Shown here: piece after piece, positions 22,901-36,867 of the stretch
How positions within the stretch are numbered: position 1 is the first letter of the stretch
Layout of the letters: each line of letters begins with the position of its first letter
Assembly: GCF_030028105.1 (NCBI RefSeq)
Contig: NC_092379.1
Span: forward strand, 20,809,309 to 20,873,308
Direction: 5' to 3'
Length of the DNA stretch: 64,000 nt
DNA from: Mobula birostris
Lineage: Eukaryota
The notes under the pieces: generated by a model
The model's database searches: none
Seen by the model: only the letters and a program-made list of their open reading frames with translations
Told to the model about the DNA's origin: nothing
Made by a program: the position numbers and the translations under genes

Positions 22901-23388
22901 AAATTCAATCTCCGCTCCTGTTTTCTCCAGATGTCCTTAGACCCATTCACCCCAAGAAGTATATACAACCCATTCTTGAATATATTAGACAGTAAGTCTT
23001 CAAGTGCTTTCTGTGGGAGAGAGTTCCACAGGTTCTCACACGTACACAGCTTAGACTGCCACCCCTGCTCCAGGGCAGATGGAACAAACAGCACAGGATG
23101 ATACAAGTCCAGGGGCTGAGTTCCACTTTCTGTTGAGTTGCTGTGTTCAGCAACTCCCATTGATTAAACTGAATAGACTAACCTCACTGGAAGCTGTAAA
23201 ATGCAGCAGGTTCAAGACTTCCACTCCACAAATCCCAATGATGAGCAGAAAGAGAAAAGCCTTCAGTTTCAGATAAAGTGAAGCCTCTCAGATTTAGAAA
23301 TTGTTCATGTTGGTGCAAGACCAGAATGTGTCGGGTAAGTAGGGAATTATTGGAAGATTCATTCTAACTGAGATTCTCTCTGTTCCAG

Positions 23389-23774
23389 GTGGTGTTGTGA
23401 CTCGTCCTCAGGTCTACCTCCTCCCCGCTTCATTAGATGAGGTAGACACCGATCAGACTGTGACCTTGATGTGCCTGATCACCAAGTTCTCTCCCATAGA
23501 GATCTATGTGGCCTGGATGGCCAATGACACCCTTCTGAAGACAGGTTTTGTGAACCAGCCAGTGACTAAGGACCCCAGAAAAGGCTGGAACACAATGACC
23601 AGTCAGCTGAAGGTTTCTCCTGAGGTGTGGAATAGCGGCACCACTTTCTCCTGTATGGTGGGTCATGAGTCGCTCCCAACCAACCTGTTCCGAAGCATCA
23701 ATAAATCTCACAGCAAACCCACCCTAGTCAATGTCTCACTCGTTCTGACTGATAGTTTTAAATCTTGTGTGTAA
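23389..23774 (+). CDS. IgW: CH6 exon with canonical secretory tailpiece
   Basis: Acceptor ctctgttccag|GT. PQVYLLP...LMCLI...VAWMANDT...FSCMVGHESL. Tail KPTLVNVSLVLTDSFKSCV* has an NVS sequon and penultimate Cys. Downstream AATAAA at 24069-24074. Confidence 0.96.
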
Positions 23775-24399
23775 TACTGTGTGATTCAATCCATGAAACC
23801 CTAGTTTTGTTAGTTTTATGATTATTAATTATCACAGAGGATTATTTAGCTGACTGAAACATGATTAAAATCTGGACCTTTTAAAATAATTAAGAATGAA
23901 ATTAAGATCAAGAACCAAATTAAACTACAAACATGATTCATCACAATTCTCTGAGTTCGTGTGTACATTCTTAGACCTTCTTCTGCCACATTTGAATGGA
24001 TTTCAACCCTGTGTGGGACTGCACAATGTATTAAATCCTTGTACGTGTCAATGTACCGATCCAAGTTCAATAAATATGAGATGAAAATGTCTTGGTTGTG
24101 ATTTTTGGTGATGGGAAATAAGGAACTTTCAACATGAGGTGTGGTATGTACTCAGGGAGAAATAGATGTCTTTGTATCTGTGGTGTCTGAACCTTTCCTG
24201 CATCGGGTGTCCCACTGATCAGCTGCCAACTAATGGTCTGAGAAATTGGAACTTACGGCCATCTGACAAATAGTTGAGAGTTGAAACCACTGAGCAAACA
24301 TCATATCGGTGTCAAAGATGTCGGATCACTGTTTGAGGGCTCCTTGTCCCCACTAACATTGCTGCTCCTCATCTGGTGTCTGTGTCTCACTAACTAAAT

Positions 24400-27300
24400 G
24401 AAACATATAATTGTTGGGAACTATTCTGTTGCAATGGTGCAGTTAAGCACCTGTCTGTCAGGGCAGATAGTTTGCATTAGTCCTGGAGGGGAACTAATAT
24501 CCTAATGGGAAGGTTTGCTTGTGCTGCATGGTGGGGGTGGCGGGGGATGCCAGTTAAACTAGAGTTGCAGGGGAGGGGAACCAGAGTGTCAGAACAGATC
24601 GTGGAGAGGTTGTGGAAACAGATGTGAAGACATTAGACAAAGTCAGGAATCAAAAAGTTGAGCATAGTGTGAGTAATGTTCTGAGCTGCATATATTTTGA
24701 AGCAAGTATTATTGTCGGAAAGGCAGATGAACTCAGGGCAGAGATCAACACATGGAATTATGATATGGTGACCATTAGTGAGACTTGGTTGCAGGAGAGG
24801 CAGGACTGGCAGCTCAATATTCTGGGGTTTTGTTGTTTTAGACACAACAGAGCGGGAGGGATTGAAGGGGAAGGTGTGGCGTTACACATCAGTGAAAGTG
24901 TCACAGCAGTGTTGAGTCAAGAGAGGCAGGAGAACTCCTCTTGTGAGGCTTTACGGGTGGAAGTGAGGAATGAGAAAGCTATGGCCATGTTAATGGGGTT
25001 ATATTATGGACCACCCTGCAGGATTTAGAGGTACAAATTGTCGGGAGATCACAGACTATTGCAAGAAACATAAGGTTGCAATAGTAGGTGATTTCAACTT
25101 TCCACAAATTGACTTGGACACCCATACTATAAAAGGAATGGAGTTTGTCTAATGTATTCAGAAAGTTTCCTTAATCAGTTCATAGAAATCTCAACAGAGT
25201 GTGTGGAATACTTGATTTCTTATTCAGGAATGAGACAGGGCAGGCGACAGAAGATTGTGTACAGGAACACTTTGCATCTACTGATCATAATGCCATTAGT
25301 TTCAAAATAAATACGGAAACATTTCAGTCTGGTTCCAAGGTTCAGATTCTAAATTGGAGAGAGGCCAATTTTGATGGTATCAAAAAGAATCTGGTAAGCG
25401 TGAATTGGGACAAGCTGCTTTCTGGCAAAGGTAATTGGTAATTGGGAAGCCTTCAAAAGTGAAATTTTGAGAGCACATTGCTTGTATGTGCCTGTCAGGT
25501 TCAATGGCAAGGATGACAGGTTTAGGGAACCTTGGTCTTTATGAGATATTGAGGCCCTGGTTAAGAAGTAAAAGGAAGTGTACAGCAGGTATAGGCAGGT
25601 AGGGACAAATGAGGTACTTATGGAGTTTAAGAAATGCAAGTAAACACCTAAGAAAGAAATAAGAATGGCTCAAAGAATGGTCAAGGTTGCCCAAGCAGTC
25701 AAAGTGAAGGAGAATCCCAAGGGACTCTACAGATATGTTGAGAGCTCAGGGACTGCAAGGGAGAAAATTGGTTCTCTAGAAGATCAGATTGGAACCCTAT
25801 GTGTGGTGCCAAAAGGGATGGGGAGATCATCAATGGAGTTTTTGTATCTGTACTTATTTGAGAGATGGACAGAGTCTGTAGAAATGTGGCAAAGCAGAAC
25901 TGAGAACATGAACCCTTTACAGATTACAGAGGAGGAGGTGTTTACTGTCTTCAAGCAAATTAAGGATTGTGGGGGGGGGGGAGGTGCTATCAGAGATATT
26001 TAAAACATCCTTAGCATCAGGCGGGGTACTGGAGAACAGTAGGATAGCTGATGTTCCATAGTTTAAAAAAGGCTGTAAAAATAAACCAGGAAATTATAGG
26101 CCAGTGAGATTGACATCTGTAGTGGGAAGGCTATTGGAAGGTATTCTAAGGGACCGGATATATGTGGATTTGGATAGACATGGACTGATGAAGGATAGTC
26201 AGCATGACTTTGTGTGTGTAGGGCACGTCTAACCAATCTGATGGAGGTTATTGAGGCAGTTATGAGGAAGGTTGATGAAGGCAAGGCAGTGGTTGTTATC
26301 TACATGAACCTTAGCAAGGCATTTGGCAAGGCCCCAAATGGGAGGGTGGTCAGGAAGTTTCAGTCCCATGGCATTTAAGATGAGGCAGCAAGTTGGATTG
26401 GACATTGGCTTTGTGGGAGAAGCCAGAGGCTGGTAGTAGATGGTTGCCTCTCTAACTCAAGGCCTGTGACGAGTGGAGTTTTGCAGGAATTGCTGCAGGG
26501 TCCATTGTCATCTGTATCAATGATCTGGATGGTAACATGGTTAACTGGATCACCAAATTTGCAATTGACACCAAAATTGTGGCTGTTGTGGACCGCAAGA
26601 AAGACTATCAGAACTTGTAGTGGGATCTGGACCAGTTGGTAAAATAGTCTGAAAAATGCCTGATGGAATCTAATTTAACAATCTAACAAGTGCAAGGTGT
26701 TGCACTTTGGTAGGACCAGCTGAGGTAGGTCCTATAATGTGAACAATAGGACACTGAGGAGTGTAGTAGAACAAAGGGATCTAGGAATACAGGTCCATAA
26801 TTAATTGAAAATGGAGGCACAGTTAGATAGGATCACTAGGAAATGTTTGGCACATTGGCCTTCATAAATCAAAGTACTGAGTACAGGGGATGGGACGTTG
26901 TGTTAAAGTTGTATAAGACATTCTTGAGGCCTAATTAGAATTCAATTGAATTGACTTTATTACTTACATCCTTCATATACATGAGGAGTAAAAATCTTTA
27001 CCTGCTCAGCTTTGGTCTCTTACCTGCAGGAAAGATGTAATTAAGCTTGAAAGAGTACAGAGAAAGTTTAAAAGGATGCTACCAGGAATGGAAAAACTGA
27101 GTTATAAGGAAAGATTACATAGGTTAAGACTTTATTCCTTGGAACGTAGAAGATTGAGGAGAGATTTGATGGTGGTATACAAAATTATCAGGGGTATAGA
27201 TAGGGTAAATGCAAGCAGGCTTTTTCCACTGAGGTTGGGTGGGACTACAACTAGAGATCATGGGTAAAGGGTGAAAGGTGAAATGTTTAAGGGAAACCTG

Positions 27301-27400
27301 AGGGGAAACTTCTTCACTCAGAGATTTGTGAGAGTGTGAAATGAGCCAGCAGAGCAAGTGGTGCTTGCAAGCTCAATTTCAATGTTTAAGAGAAGTTTGG
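24400..27400 (+). mobile_element. Degenerate CR1 LINE, interrupted at its 3' end by an L1 (resumes 33141-33275)
   Basis: Endonuclease (ISETWLQ, YYGPP) and RT remnants up to YSLERRRLRRDL. The CR1 3' end continues after the L1 poly(A). Confidence 0.88.
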
Positions 27401-27545
27401 GGGGGGACGTCATGTGATGACGTGGGATTGACACGTGTAAATCCAGCTCTCCCGTAAGAAATCAGCAAAGTACTGTTTAAACAAAGCAAAGTTCATAAAT
27501 ACTTTCTGAAAACTACTTATAAACTTCTCAAGACTATTTTACGAT

Positions 27546-28655
27546 ATGCCTCATAAACTGCAAAAGAAGAAGCCTGTTGTTGTGAAGTCGCTGCGAGATG
27601 GGAAGGAAAAAGTGCCTACTGCAGCAATGGAACCTCGGTCTCAGGTTGGATCTCCTTTGGAGGAGACATATTTTATCTCTGGCATAGAAGAACCGGGAGC
27701 AATGGAGGCGGTAGCGGTCTCTGGGAAGAAGATGCCGGAATTGCGCATGAGCAAAGAAGTAGGCATGCGCAAATCGATACAACTTAAACTACAAGAACCG
27801 ACGGCCACTGCAAGTGAAAGTGATTCAGAGTCAGAATTGGATTCTGCAGAGAACACAGATGAAGAAGAGGAGGAAGAACTGGAAGAGACTAAAAGTAAAG
27901 GATATGATGGAGACATAAAAGAGGCCTTATTGCAAGTAATGATTGAATTAAAAGGATTAAAAATAGAGTTTAGAGGGATGAAGATGAGGTATGATAAAGC
28001 TATGAAAAGACAGGAGAAAATGGATAAGAAACTTCAAAAGTTGGAAAGAACAATGGAGCATATTAACGATAGAGTGGAAAAAACAGAAAATGATATGCTT
28101 GTCTGGAAAATGGAAAGAAATTGACTGTTGGAAAAAGTGGACGTGCTGAAAATTTTAGTAGACGAAATAATATCGAGATTGTTGGTCTTAAGGAAGGTAT
28201 CGAGGGAGACAATCCAATAGAATTTTTTCAAAGATGGATCCCGGAAACTTTGCAAATGAAAGAGGGAGAGCAATCAGAGCTCTAAGACCAAAACCACAAG
28301 ATGACCAATTTCCATGATCAATTTTAATAAAATGTTTAAGATTTCAAGACAAAGAAAGGATTCTACAGGCAGCTGCTCAAGCTGCTAAGAATAGAAAAGG
28401 GCCAATGATGACAGAAGGGAACAACATTTTTTTCTACCCTGACATACCTTTGAAGAGAAGGAAGAAATTTAATCCAGTGAAACAAGTCCTATGGGATCAC
28501 GGTTATCAATTTATATTGCGTTACCTGCAAGTTTGAAGATTTTTTTGGCTAACAGAGAAAAAAGATATTTTGACAATTACCGGAAAGTGGAAGAGTTTGT
28601 GCCAGATTCTTTGAAGATACAAGAACAAACCCAGGGGATTGAGATGGATTAAAGA
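27546..28655 (+). pseudogene. L1 ORF1, frameshifted
   Basis: ATG at 27546, 192-aa acidic/coiled-coil ORF, then L1 ORF1 RRM/CTD-like sequence in shifted frames. Confidence 0.75.
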
Positions 28656-29122
28656 TGAAGATTGGGTCAAGGAATAGACTTGCTGGATTTTTAAAGGTGG
28701 AAGAATATATAAATATATTATTAATTATATGACAGAGGGGAAGAAAGGTTAAAGTTTGAGAAATATTAGTTGGGAATAGTGACATTAATTTTTCTATATA
28801 TATACAATTTTTTTGTTACGGGGGAACTGGAAGAAATACTGACCAATCACCACGGAATTCATGTGTGCAAGCATGGCAATAGCCAGGACCCGCAAAATGG
28901 AGGGGGGTAGTGTTATGTTTATTTTCATTCATAACATTAGTAGGGGGGTAGTTTGTTATTTTTCCTTTTGTATTATATCTATCTTTTATTTCTTTCTTTT
29001 TGCCTGGATGATTGGGAGGGAAACACATAGCAACATGGTGAAGTTTAAAGAGATTCCCCAAGGAAATATGAGAGTTGAGATGTTAAGTAATGTTTTAGAC
29101 TGGAGTAACTTTGTTAAGAATA

Positions 29123-32100
29123 ATGACTAATTTACTGAATTTTCTTGAGTTTTAATGTTAATGGGCTTAATGGACTGGTGAAAAGAAAAAGCATCTTAAC
29201 ACATATTAAAAAAATGAAGGTAGATTTAGCCTTCTTGCAGGAAACACATTTAACAGAAACAAAATATCAGCAATTAAAGAGCGATTGGGTGGGTAGTGTT
29301 GTTGCAGCTTCATTTAATTCAAAAGCGAGGGCAGTAGCAATTTTGATCAATAAAACATTACCAATTAAAATACAAAATGTAATAACTGATTCTGTGGGGA
29401 GATATGTGATTATAGACTGTCAACCTTTTTCTGAATTATGGATTCTCATGAATATTTATATGAAAATGATGCAAAATTCATACAAGAAGTTTTTTTGAAT
29501 TTGGCTGATGCACATGAAAAAATATTAATAGGAGGAGATTTTAATTTTTGCCTAGACACAGTCTTAGATAGATCAACTAAGGCTGTTACAAAATCGAAGG
29601 TAGTAATACTAATTTTATCATTGATGAAAGATTTAAATTTGATTGATATATGGAGAAGAATCAATCCCAAAGAAAGAGACTATTCTTTCTATTCTAATAG
29701 ACACAAAACTTACTCAAGGATAGATTTTTTCCTATAATCAATGAATATTCAACACAGAGTGAAAAAATATGGAATATAAAGCAAGAATATTGTCAGATCA
29801 CTCTCCTTTATTAATGACAATAATAATGACTGATAAGGAAGAAGTGACTTATAGATGGAGATTTAATCAACATTATTAAAACATCAAGATTTTTGTGATT
29901 TTATGAAAAAATAGATCTAATTTTTTTGGATACAAACTCTCATTCAGTGGATGATAAATTTATGCTATGAGATGTGATGAAAGCATATTTGAGGGGACAG
30001 ATAATAAGTTATACATCTAAAATTAAGAAAGAATATATGGCAGAACTAGATCAATTAGAAAAAGAGATTACAAAATTAGAAAAAGAATTTCAAAGACATA
30101 TGACAGAAGAAAAACGAAGACAAATTGTCAATAAGAAGTTACAATATAATACGCTTCAGACATATAGAATGGAAAAAGCAATCATGAGAACTAAGCAAAG
30201 GTATTATGAGTTAGGTGAGAGAGCACACAAAATTTTTGCTTGGCAGTTGAAAACAGAACAGGCTTCCAAAACGATAAATGCAATTAGAATAAGTGGAAAT
30301 AAATTTACTTATAAACCTTTAGAAATTAATGAAACCTTCAAAAGTTTCTATTCTGTGATATCAATCGGAATCACAAAATGATGTTAATGAGATAGAAAGT
30401 TTTTTATCACATGTAACTCTTCCAAAATTGAATTTGGAAGAACAGAAGGGATTAGATATGCCTTTTACATTAAAAGAGGTTGAAGAAGCTTTAGGATCAC
30501 TTCAAAGTAATAAATCTCCAGGAGAGGATGGTTTTCCACCTGAATTTTATAAAAAGTTTAAAAATTTATTATTTCCTTCTTTTATGGAGTTAATACGTCA
30601 AGCAGAAAAAATACATAAACTCCCAGAATCTTTCTCAACAGCGATTGTAATAGTATTGCCAAACAAAGATAGATATCCTTTAAAACCAGCATCATATCGG
30701 CCTATTTCTTTGTTGCTCATTAATAGCAAAAAATTTATCGAACAGATTATCTAAATATTTACCAAAATTAATACATATGGATCAAACAGGATTTATTAAA
30801 AATAGACAATTGGCAGATAATGTAACTCGGCTATTCAGTATAATTCATTTGGCACAAAAAACGGAGGAGATGAGTATAGTAGTAGCCTTGGATGCAGAAA
30901 AAGCATTTGATAGATTGGAATGGGATTTTTTATTTAAAGTATTACAAAAAAATATGGGTTAGGAACACCTTTTATAAACTGGATTAAAACTTTAAATACT
31001 AACCCTAATGCTAAAGTTGTGACAAATAGTCAAATTTCAACACCATTCCAGTTAAAAAGGTCAACTAGACAAGGTTGTCCATTATCACCTGCTTTATTTG
31101 TATTGGCGATAGAACCATTAGCAGAACTAATTAGAATTGATTCAGATATTAAGGGTTTTAGAGTTAATCAGGAGGAATATAAAATTAATCTATTTGCTGA
31201 TGATGTTTTGATTTACTTAACAAACCCACAGCATTTGTTACGTAAATTATCTTCTAGATTGGATGAATATAGGAAAGTATCAGGTTATACAATAAATTAG
31301 GATAAGAGTAAAATTTTACTTCTTACTAAAGGAGACTATAGCCAATGTCGATTAGCAACCCAATTTAGATGGCCAGTAAATGGTATAAGATATTTAGGTA
31401 TAAGACTTGATAATGATGTAAAGAATTTATATAAATTTAATTATTTACCACTATTGAAAAAAGTTCAAGAAGATCTTGACAAATGGATGATACTACCAAT
31501 GACATTAGTGGGTAGAGCTAATGCTGTAAAAATGAATATATTTCCTATATTAGAGTATCTATTTCAAACACTACCAATACAATTGCCACAGAAATTTTTT
31601 CAAGAGTTAAATAAATGTGTGAGAAAATTTCTTTGGAAAGGTAAGATGTCAAGAACATCATTGGAAAAATTGACATGGAAATTTGAGTTAGGAGTGTTAC
31701 AACTTCCAAACTTTAAGAATTATTATAAAGCAAATCAACTTACATTTATTGTATCTTTCTTTGATGAACAAAAGCCGGCATGGATTAGAATAGAATTAGA
31801 TAAGATAGGAGAAAATACACCCCAAGATTTTATATATAAATGGGAATCTAAATGGATACAGGAAAAGAAAGAATCTCCTATATTAAAACATTTGATTGAT
31901 CTATGGAATAAGATAAACGTTGATAATGAAATAAAGAAATCTTTATTAGCAAGGAGACCTTTGATGCAAAACAGACTTATTCCTTTTACAATGGATGATC
32001 AACTTTTATATAATTGGTACCAAAAAGGGATTAGATCTATCGGAGACTGTTATGAACGAGGTATATTGATGTCATTTGAACAACTAAAGACTAAATATAA

Positions 32101-32881
32101 AATATCAAATAACACTTTCTTTTGTTACCTTCAATTAAGGGCTTACTTAAAAGACAAACTGAGTCAAACAATGTTTTTGCCAAAACCCAATGAAACTGAA
32201 ATTTTAATTCAAAATGGAAAAATTAAAAAAAATATTTCTTGTATGTATAATTTGATTCAAAAACAGACAATTAAACAAAGAATCCACAAGTCAAAACAAA
32301 AATGGGAAACGGATCTGAATATTAATATTGATGAAACAAATTGGTCAAGACTGTGTTTTGACAGTATGACAAATACAATAAACATTCGACTTAGATTAGT
32401 ACAATATAATTTTTTACACCAATTATATATTACACTGCAAAAAATAAATAGATTAAATTCAAACTTATCTCATCAATGTTTTCGGTGTAATCAAGAAATT
32501 GGTCCTTTCTTACATTCTACTTGGTCTTGTTCCAAAATTCAACCTTTTTGGATAAATTTAAGAGCTTTATTGGAACAAATTACTGGAACTCAACTTCCAC
32601 ATAACCCTATGTTATTTCTATTAGGTGATATTGAAGGGATAAAACTGAAACTTAAACTGAATAAATATCAGAAAGAATTTATAAAAATTGCATTGGCAGT
32701 AGCCAAGAAGGCTATAGCAGTTACTTGGAAATTGGATTCATATTTAAGTATGAATCATTGGAATAATGAAATTTCTAGTTGTATTCCACTCAAAAAAATT
32801 ACTTATAATTTAAGAGATAAATATGATACATTTTTGAATATTTGGTGCCCTTATTTACAAAAGATAGGATGGCATATTTAG
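29123..32881 (+). pseudogene. L1 ORF2 (endonuclease-RT), multiple frameshifts and stops
   Basis: Collinear fragments 29145-29737, 29974-31300 and 31454-32881 (475 aa intact C-terminal part). Confidence 0.88.
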
Positions 32882-33659
32882 TTGCTCCGATGATAAAGAT
32901 GTTGGTCCCTTGGGGAAAGTAATAAATAAATATGCTAAATTTATTTTGAATACCATGGAGCATGTGGAAACCTTCCAATATCCAGGCAGTTTTTCTTTCT
33001 TTTTCTTTTTTCTATTTTTTTCAGGTAGGGGTATATATCGGGGGGAAGGGTTAAGGGGAGGGGGGAGGGTAGATATTAACATTCTATGTAATCACTTCGA
33101 AAACTCAATGAAAATTATATTAAAAAAAAGAGAATTTTGGATGTTTACATGGTTGGGAGGGTTATGGAAGGCGATGGTCTGGGTGCAAGTCAATGGGACT
33201 TGGCAGTTTAAATGGCTTGGCACAGACCAGATGGGCCAAAGGGCCTGTATTTGTGCTGTACTTTTCTGTGACTCAGTGACTGTCAGCCAATGACCAAGAC
33301 CAGACAGTCTGTGTCTGCATATCTTGCAGCTGAGAACAATCCAGATCTCTGGACAAACATATCAGATGTAAAAGGGGCATGAGAGGGTAGATGTTGAGAG
33401 AATTTCACATGTCACAGAGCAACGAACAAGGGGACAGAGTTACAAAGTAAGGGGCAGGACTTACGAAACTGCAGTGCAGAGAAATTTCTTCCCTCAGTGG
33501 GAATGAATTCCCAGAAATCTCAGGCTAGAGGATGGAATCTGGTGGTCTGCACTTCCTCCTGTTTTCCTCTTGTGAGTTCAGTGGAGACAGAGACAGAGAG
33601 GATTAGAAGGAGAGACAAAGGATGAGATCAGAACTATGCAAATAGAGAAATATGTGTGT

Positions 33660-36260
33660 TGGACCCAGGATTGATCTTCAAAGATTTTGACACCCAGGAA
33701 CTTGAAACTGCTCAACCTTTCAATGAAGATGCTTCAATGAAGACTGATATGTATTCCCATGACTTCCCGTTGCTGAAGTCTACAATCAATTGCTTCATCT
33801 TACTGATGTTGAAAGTAAGGTTGTTGTTGTGACACCATTTACCCAGCTGATCTATCCTGCTCTTGTGTGCCTCCTCATCACCCAGAAATTCTGCCCACAA
33901 TAGTTCATCAGCAAGTTTATAAATACCACTTCAGCTGTACCTAACCACACAGTTGTGGCTGCAGAGAGAGTAGAGCAGTGGGTTATGCACACATCCTTGA
34001 CGTGCTCCAGTGTTGATTGTCAGTGAGGAGGAGATGCTCATTCTGATCCACACTGACTGTGGTTCCCGGTGAGGATGTCAAGGATCCAGTTGTGGAGGGA
34101 GGTCGAGAGGCCCAGGTTTTGGAGTTTGTTAATTAGAACTGAGGTTATGATTGTGTTGAACACTGAGCTGTAATCAGTAAACAACATCCGGACGTTCAGC
34201 AGGTATTGTTATTGTCCAGGTGATCCAAGGCCGAGTGGAGAGCCAGTCAGATTCCATCTGCTGTAGACCTATTGTGGCAACAGGCAAATTGCAGTGAGTC
34301 CAGGTCCTTGCTTAAGCAGGAGTTGATTCTGGCCGTGACCAACCTCTCAAAGCATTTCCTCACAGTAGATGTGGGTGCAACTGAGCGAGAGGCAGCTCAC
34401 CCTGCTCTTCTTGGGCACTGGTATGATTCTCACTCTTTTGAAACAGATGGGAACCTCTGACTGCAGCAGTGAGATATTGAAGATGTTCCTGAACACTCCC
34501 ACCAGTTGGTTGCACAGGTTTTCAATTCCGTACCAGGCACAGCATCAGGGCCTGATTCAGTGTGAGGATTCACCCTCTTGAAAGCTGCTCTGACGTTGGC
34601 ATCCGAGACAGAGATGACAGGGTCACCAGACACTGCAGGGATTCACCCACATGTAGTTTCATTCTCCCTTTCAAAGTGTGCTTAAATGGCGTTGAGCTCA
34701 TCTGGGAATGAAGCATCACTGCCATTTATGTTGTTTGGTTTCACCTTGTAGGAAGTAATGGCCTGAAAAGTCTGCCAGAGCTGAAGGGCATCTGATTCCC
34801 TCTCTAAGGTCAACTGGAATTGTTCAAAGGTTCATTTATTATCAAAGCCTGTATCCACATACAACTTGAAATCTGTGTTCTCCAGATAGCCACAAAAACA
34901 AGAATGAATATGAAAGTTATTCAGAGACAAACATCAAAACCACTCCTTCTTCCCCCCACCAACAAAAATGGCATACTGATCATCAATCCCCCACAATCCC
35001 TGCCCTCTTCCGTCACAAAACAGCATCCTGATCATCAATCCCTGACAATCCCTGCCTTCTCCTGTCACAAAACAGAACAGGAACATTGACCCAAAAAAAG
35101 CCTCCCTCACAAAAAACTAATAGAACACCCTCCCATCGCACAACAAAACAGAAAGAGAACGGGTGATAAAAAAACACAGAATATAAAACTATAAGTCTGA
35201 AAATATCCACAGTCCATAAACACAACAGTCCAATTCATAAACACAGAACCACAATACCATCTCCAATATCACCAACATTCATCGAAAGAGAGGAGAGGGA
35301 CACCACATGAGGCAGAGAGGCCGACCTGCCTGTCACAGCGAGACACACAACAATAGGCTGCTCACAGAATCCATCTCCAGCAGTGATCAAAAGACAGGCA
35401 TCGGCGCGGAAACTCTCGCTCACTTAATGGATGCTTGAAATGGCGAAATGGTGTCAAATATCTCCTCGTGCTCCCTCCTGAGAATTCATCACATCGAAGC
35501 TTTCTGAGTACATGCTCGGAATCTTCTCTGAGACAGCAAAGTGGTGGATCACTGAAACAATCTCCAATCTAAATTGCAGTCTCTAACTCTAACAGTCCCA
35601 GAAACATATTTAAGGAGAAAAACAGACGTAAAAGACCAAAAAAGGATATTTTCATGAGCTGTCTGGAAGACGTTGACTGAGGGGGAGCATTGCATTCAGG
35701 CACCGTCTTGAACAAGATGTGTTTATTTACTCTTAAAATAGCCTTCCGCAGGTCATACCTGGACTTCTTGTCTAATGCTGAATCACCAGCCTCGACTGCC
35801 ACAGATCGAGGCCTCAGCAGACTACGAATCCCCTGGTCCATCGACACCTTTTGATTTGGGTATGTCGGGGATGTTCTCGAAGGCACACACTCATCCGCAC
35901 AGATCTTGATGAAGTCAGTGACAACTGTGGCATTTTCATTCAGATTTAAAGATAAGTCTCTGAATATTGACCAGTTCACCAACTCAAAGTCCTGTAAGTG
36001 CACTTCTGCCTTCCTTGACCATGTCTTCTTGGTCCTCACTACCAGCACTGTGGTCTTTAGTCTCTGCCTATATGCCGGGAGTTGAAGTACAGCCAGGTGA
36101 TCGGCCTTACCAAAGTGTGGCCATGTGCTGGCACGGTAACCGTTGTTGATGATGGTATCACAGTGGTCAAGTGTTGGCTCCTCTGGTTCCACAGGAGATA
36201 TGTTAGTGGTCATTGTTCAGAGACTTCCTCAAGATGTCCTGGTTCATATCTGGGTGTGCT
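33660..36260 (-). mobile_element. Degenerate Rex/Babar-type LINE with a nested insertion (about 34820-35730)
   Basis: Minus-strand fragments TLDHC...FGKADHLAVL, VRAAFKRVNPH..GPDAVPG and WCHNNNLTFNISKMKQLIVDF. Confidence 0.75.
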
Positions 36261-36867
36261 ATTTCGTGTTCAGTGATCATGGTGCTCAGCTCTTCCAGTG
36301 ACTGTCTGAAACAAAGTGAGATCATTGACTGGGGCAGGCAAGTTACAGAGATGAAAAGAGAGATTTTTCATGAGGGATTCGAAAGTCAGTATCAGAATTT
36401 TCAATCTGGAGGAATCCCAGGATCAGTCTGTACAGAAATGAGGCAGCTCATTGATTCAGGTCAATGTCACAAATGGATCTACAGACTCTCACCTGCACCG
36501 AGACAAGAAAATTGCAGGAAATGCTGTCTTTGATCAGAAACAACATCTCTCATTGTAGTTCACAGCTGCGATAGCACATTTTATTGGCATTCCAGCAGCG
36601 AAATATCACGTAGCTGGGCAACTGTCCTGCAGTCCCTGTTGTGAGCCGACTGGGTCCCGAGGAAATAAGCTCCTTGAAGTTTGATTTTGTTTTCTCAGTC
36701 AAAGGTTGTAAGCAGAGATGAGCAACCCACTCTGTAAACAAACCTGATTTCATTCTGTTGTACAATTCTGTACAAATTGAGCTTCAGGATAAGTCTGAGC
36801 TGAAGTTGTCAAGCCAGCTGACAGCAGATATTGTCCAGTTTGTAAATTTTCTATTTCTCATCTACAG

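Larger units (their letters stand above)
27401..33127 (+). mobile_element. Full-length (~5.7 kb) degenerate L1-clade LINE with target-site duplication
   Basis: G-rich 5' end, ORF1 (coiled coil; SRRNNIEIVGL), ORF2 (FNVNGL, QETH, GDFN, QGCPLSPALF, FADD, C-terminal Cys motif), short A-tail. TSD AAGAGAAGTTTGG (27388-27400) / AAGAGAATTTTGG (33128-33140). Confidence 0.92.

Noticed and set aside
2073-23774. Assignment as IgNAR (C domains resemble IgNAR C1-C5) or IgM
   Set aside because: The V is a classical VH with full FR2/CDR2 and a GLEW interface, and a CH1 is present. Six C domains plus a separate short secretory exon fit IgW, not IgNAR or four-domain IgM.
31454-32881. 475-aa ORF as a host or domesticated gene
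   Set aside because: It is the C-terminal part of L1 ORF2, collinear with disrupted upstream L1 sequence and bounded by an A-tail and TSD.
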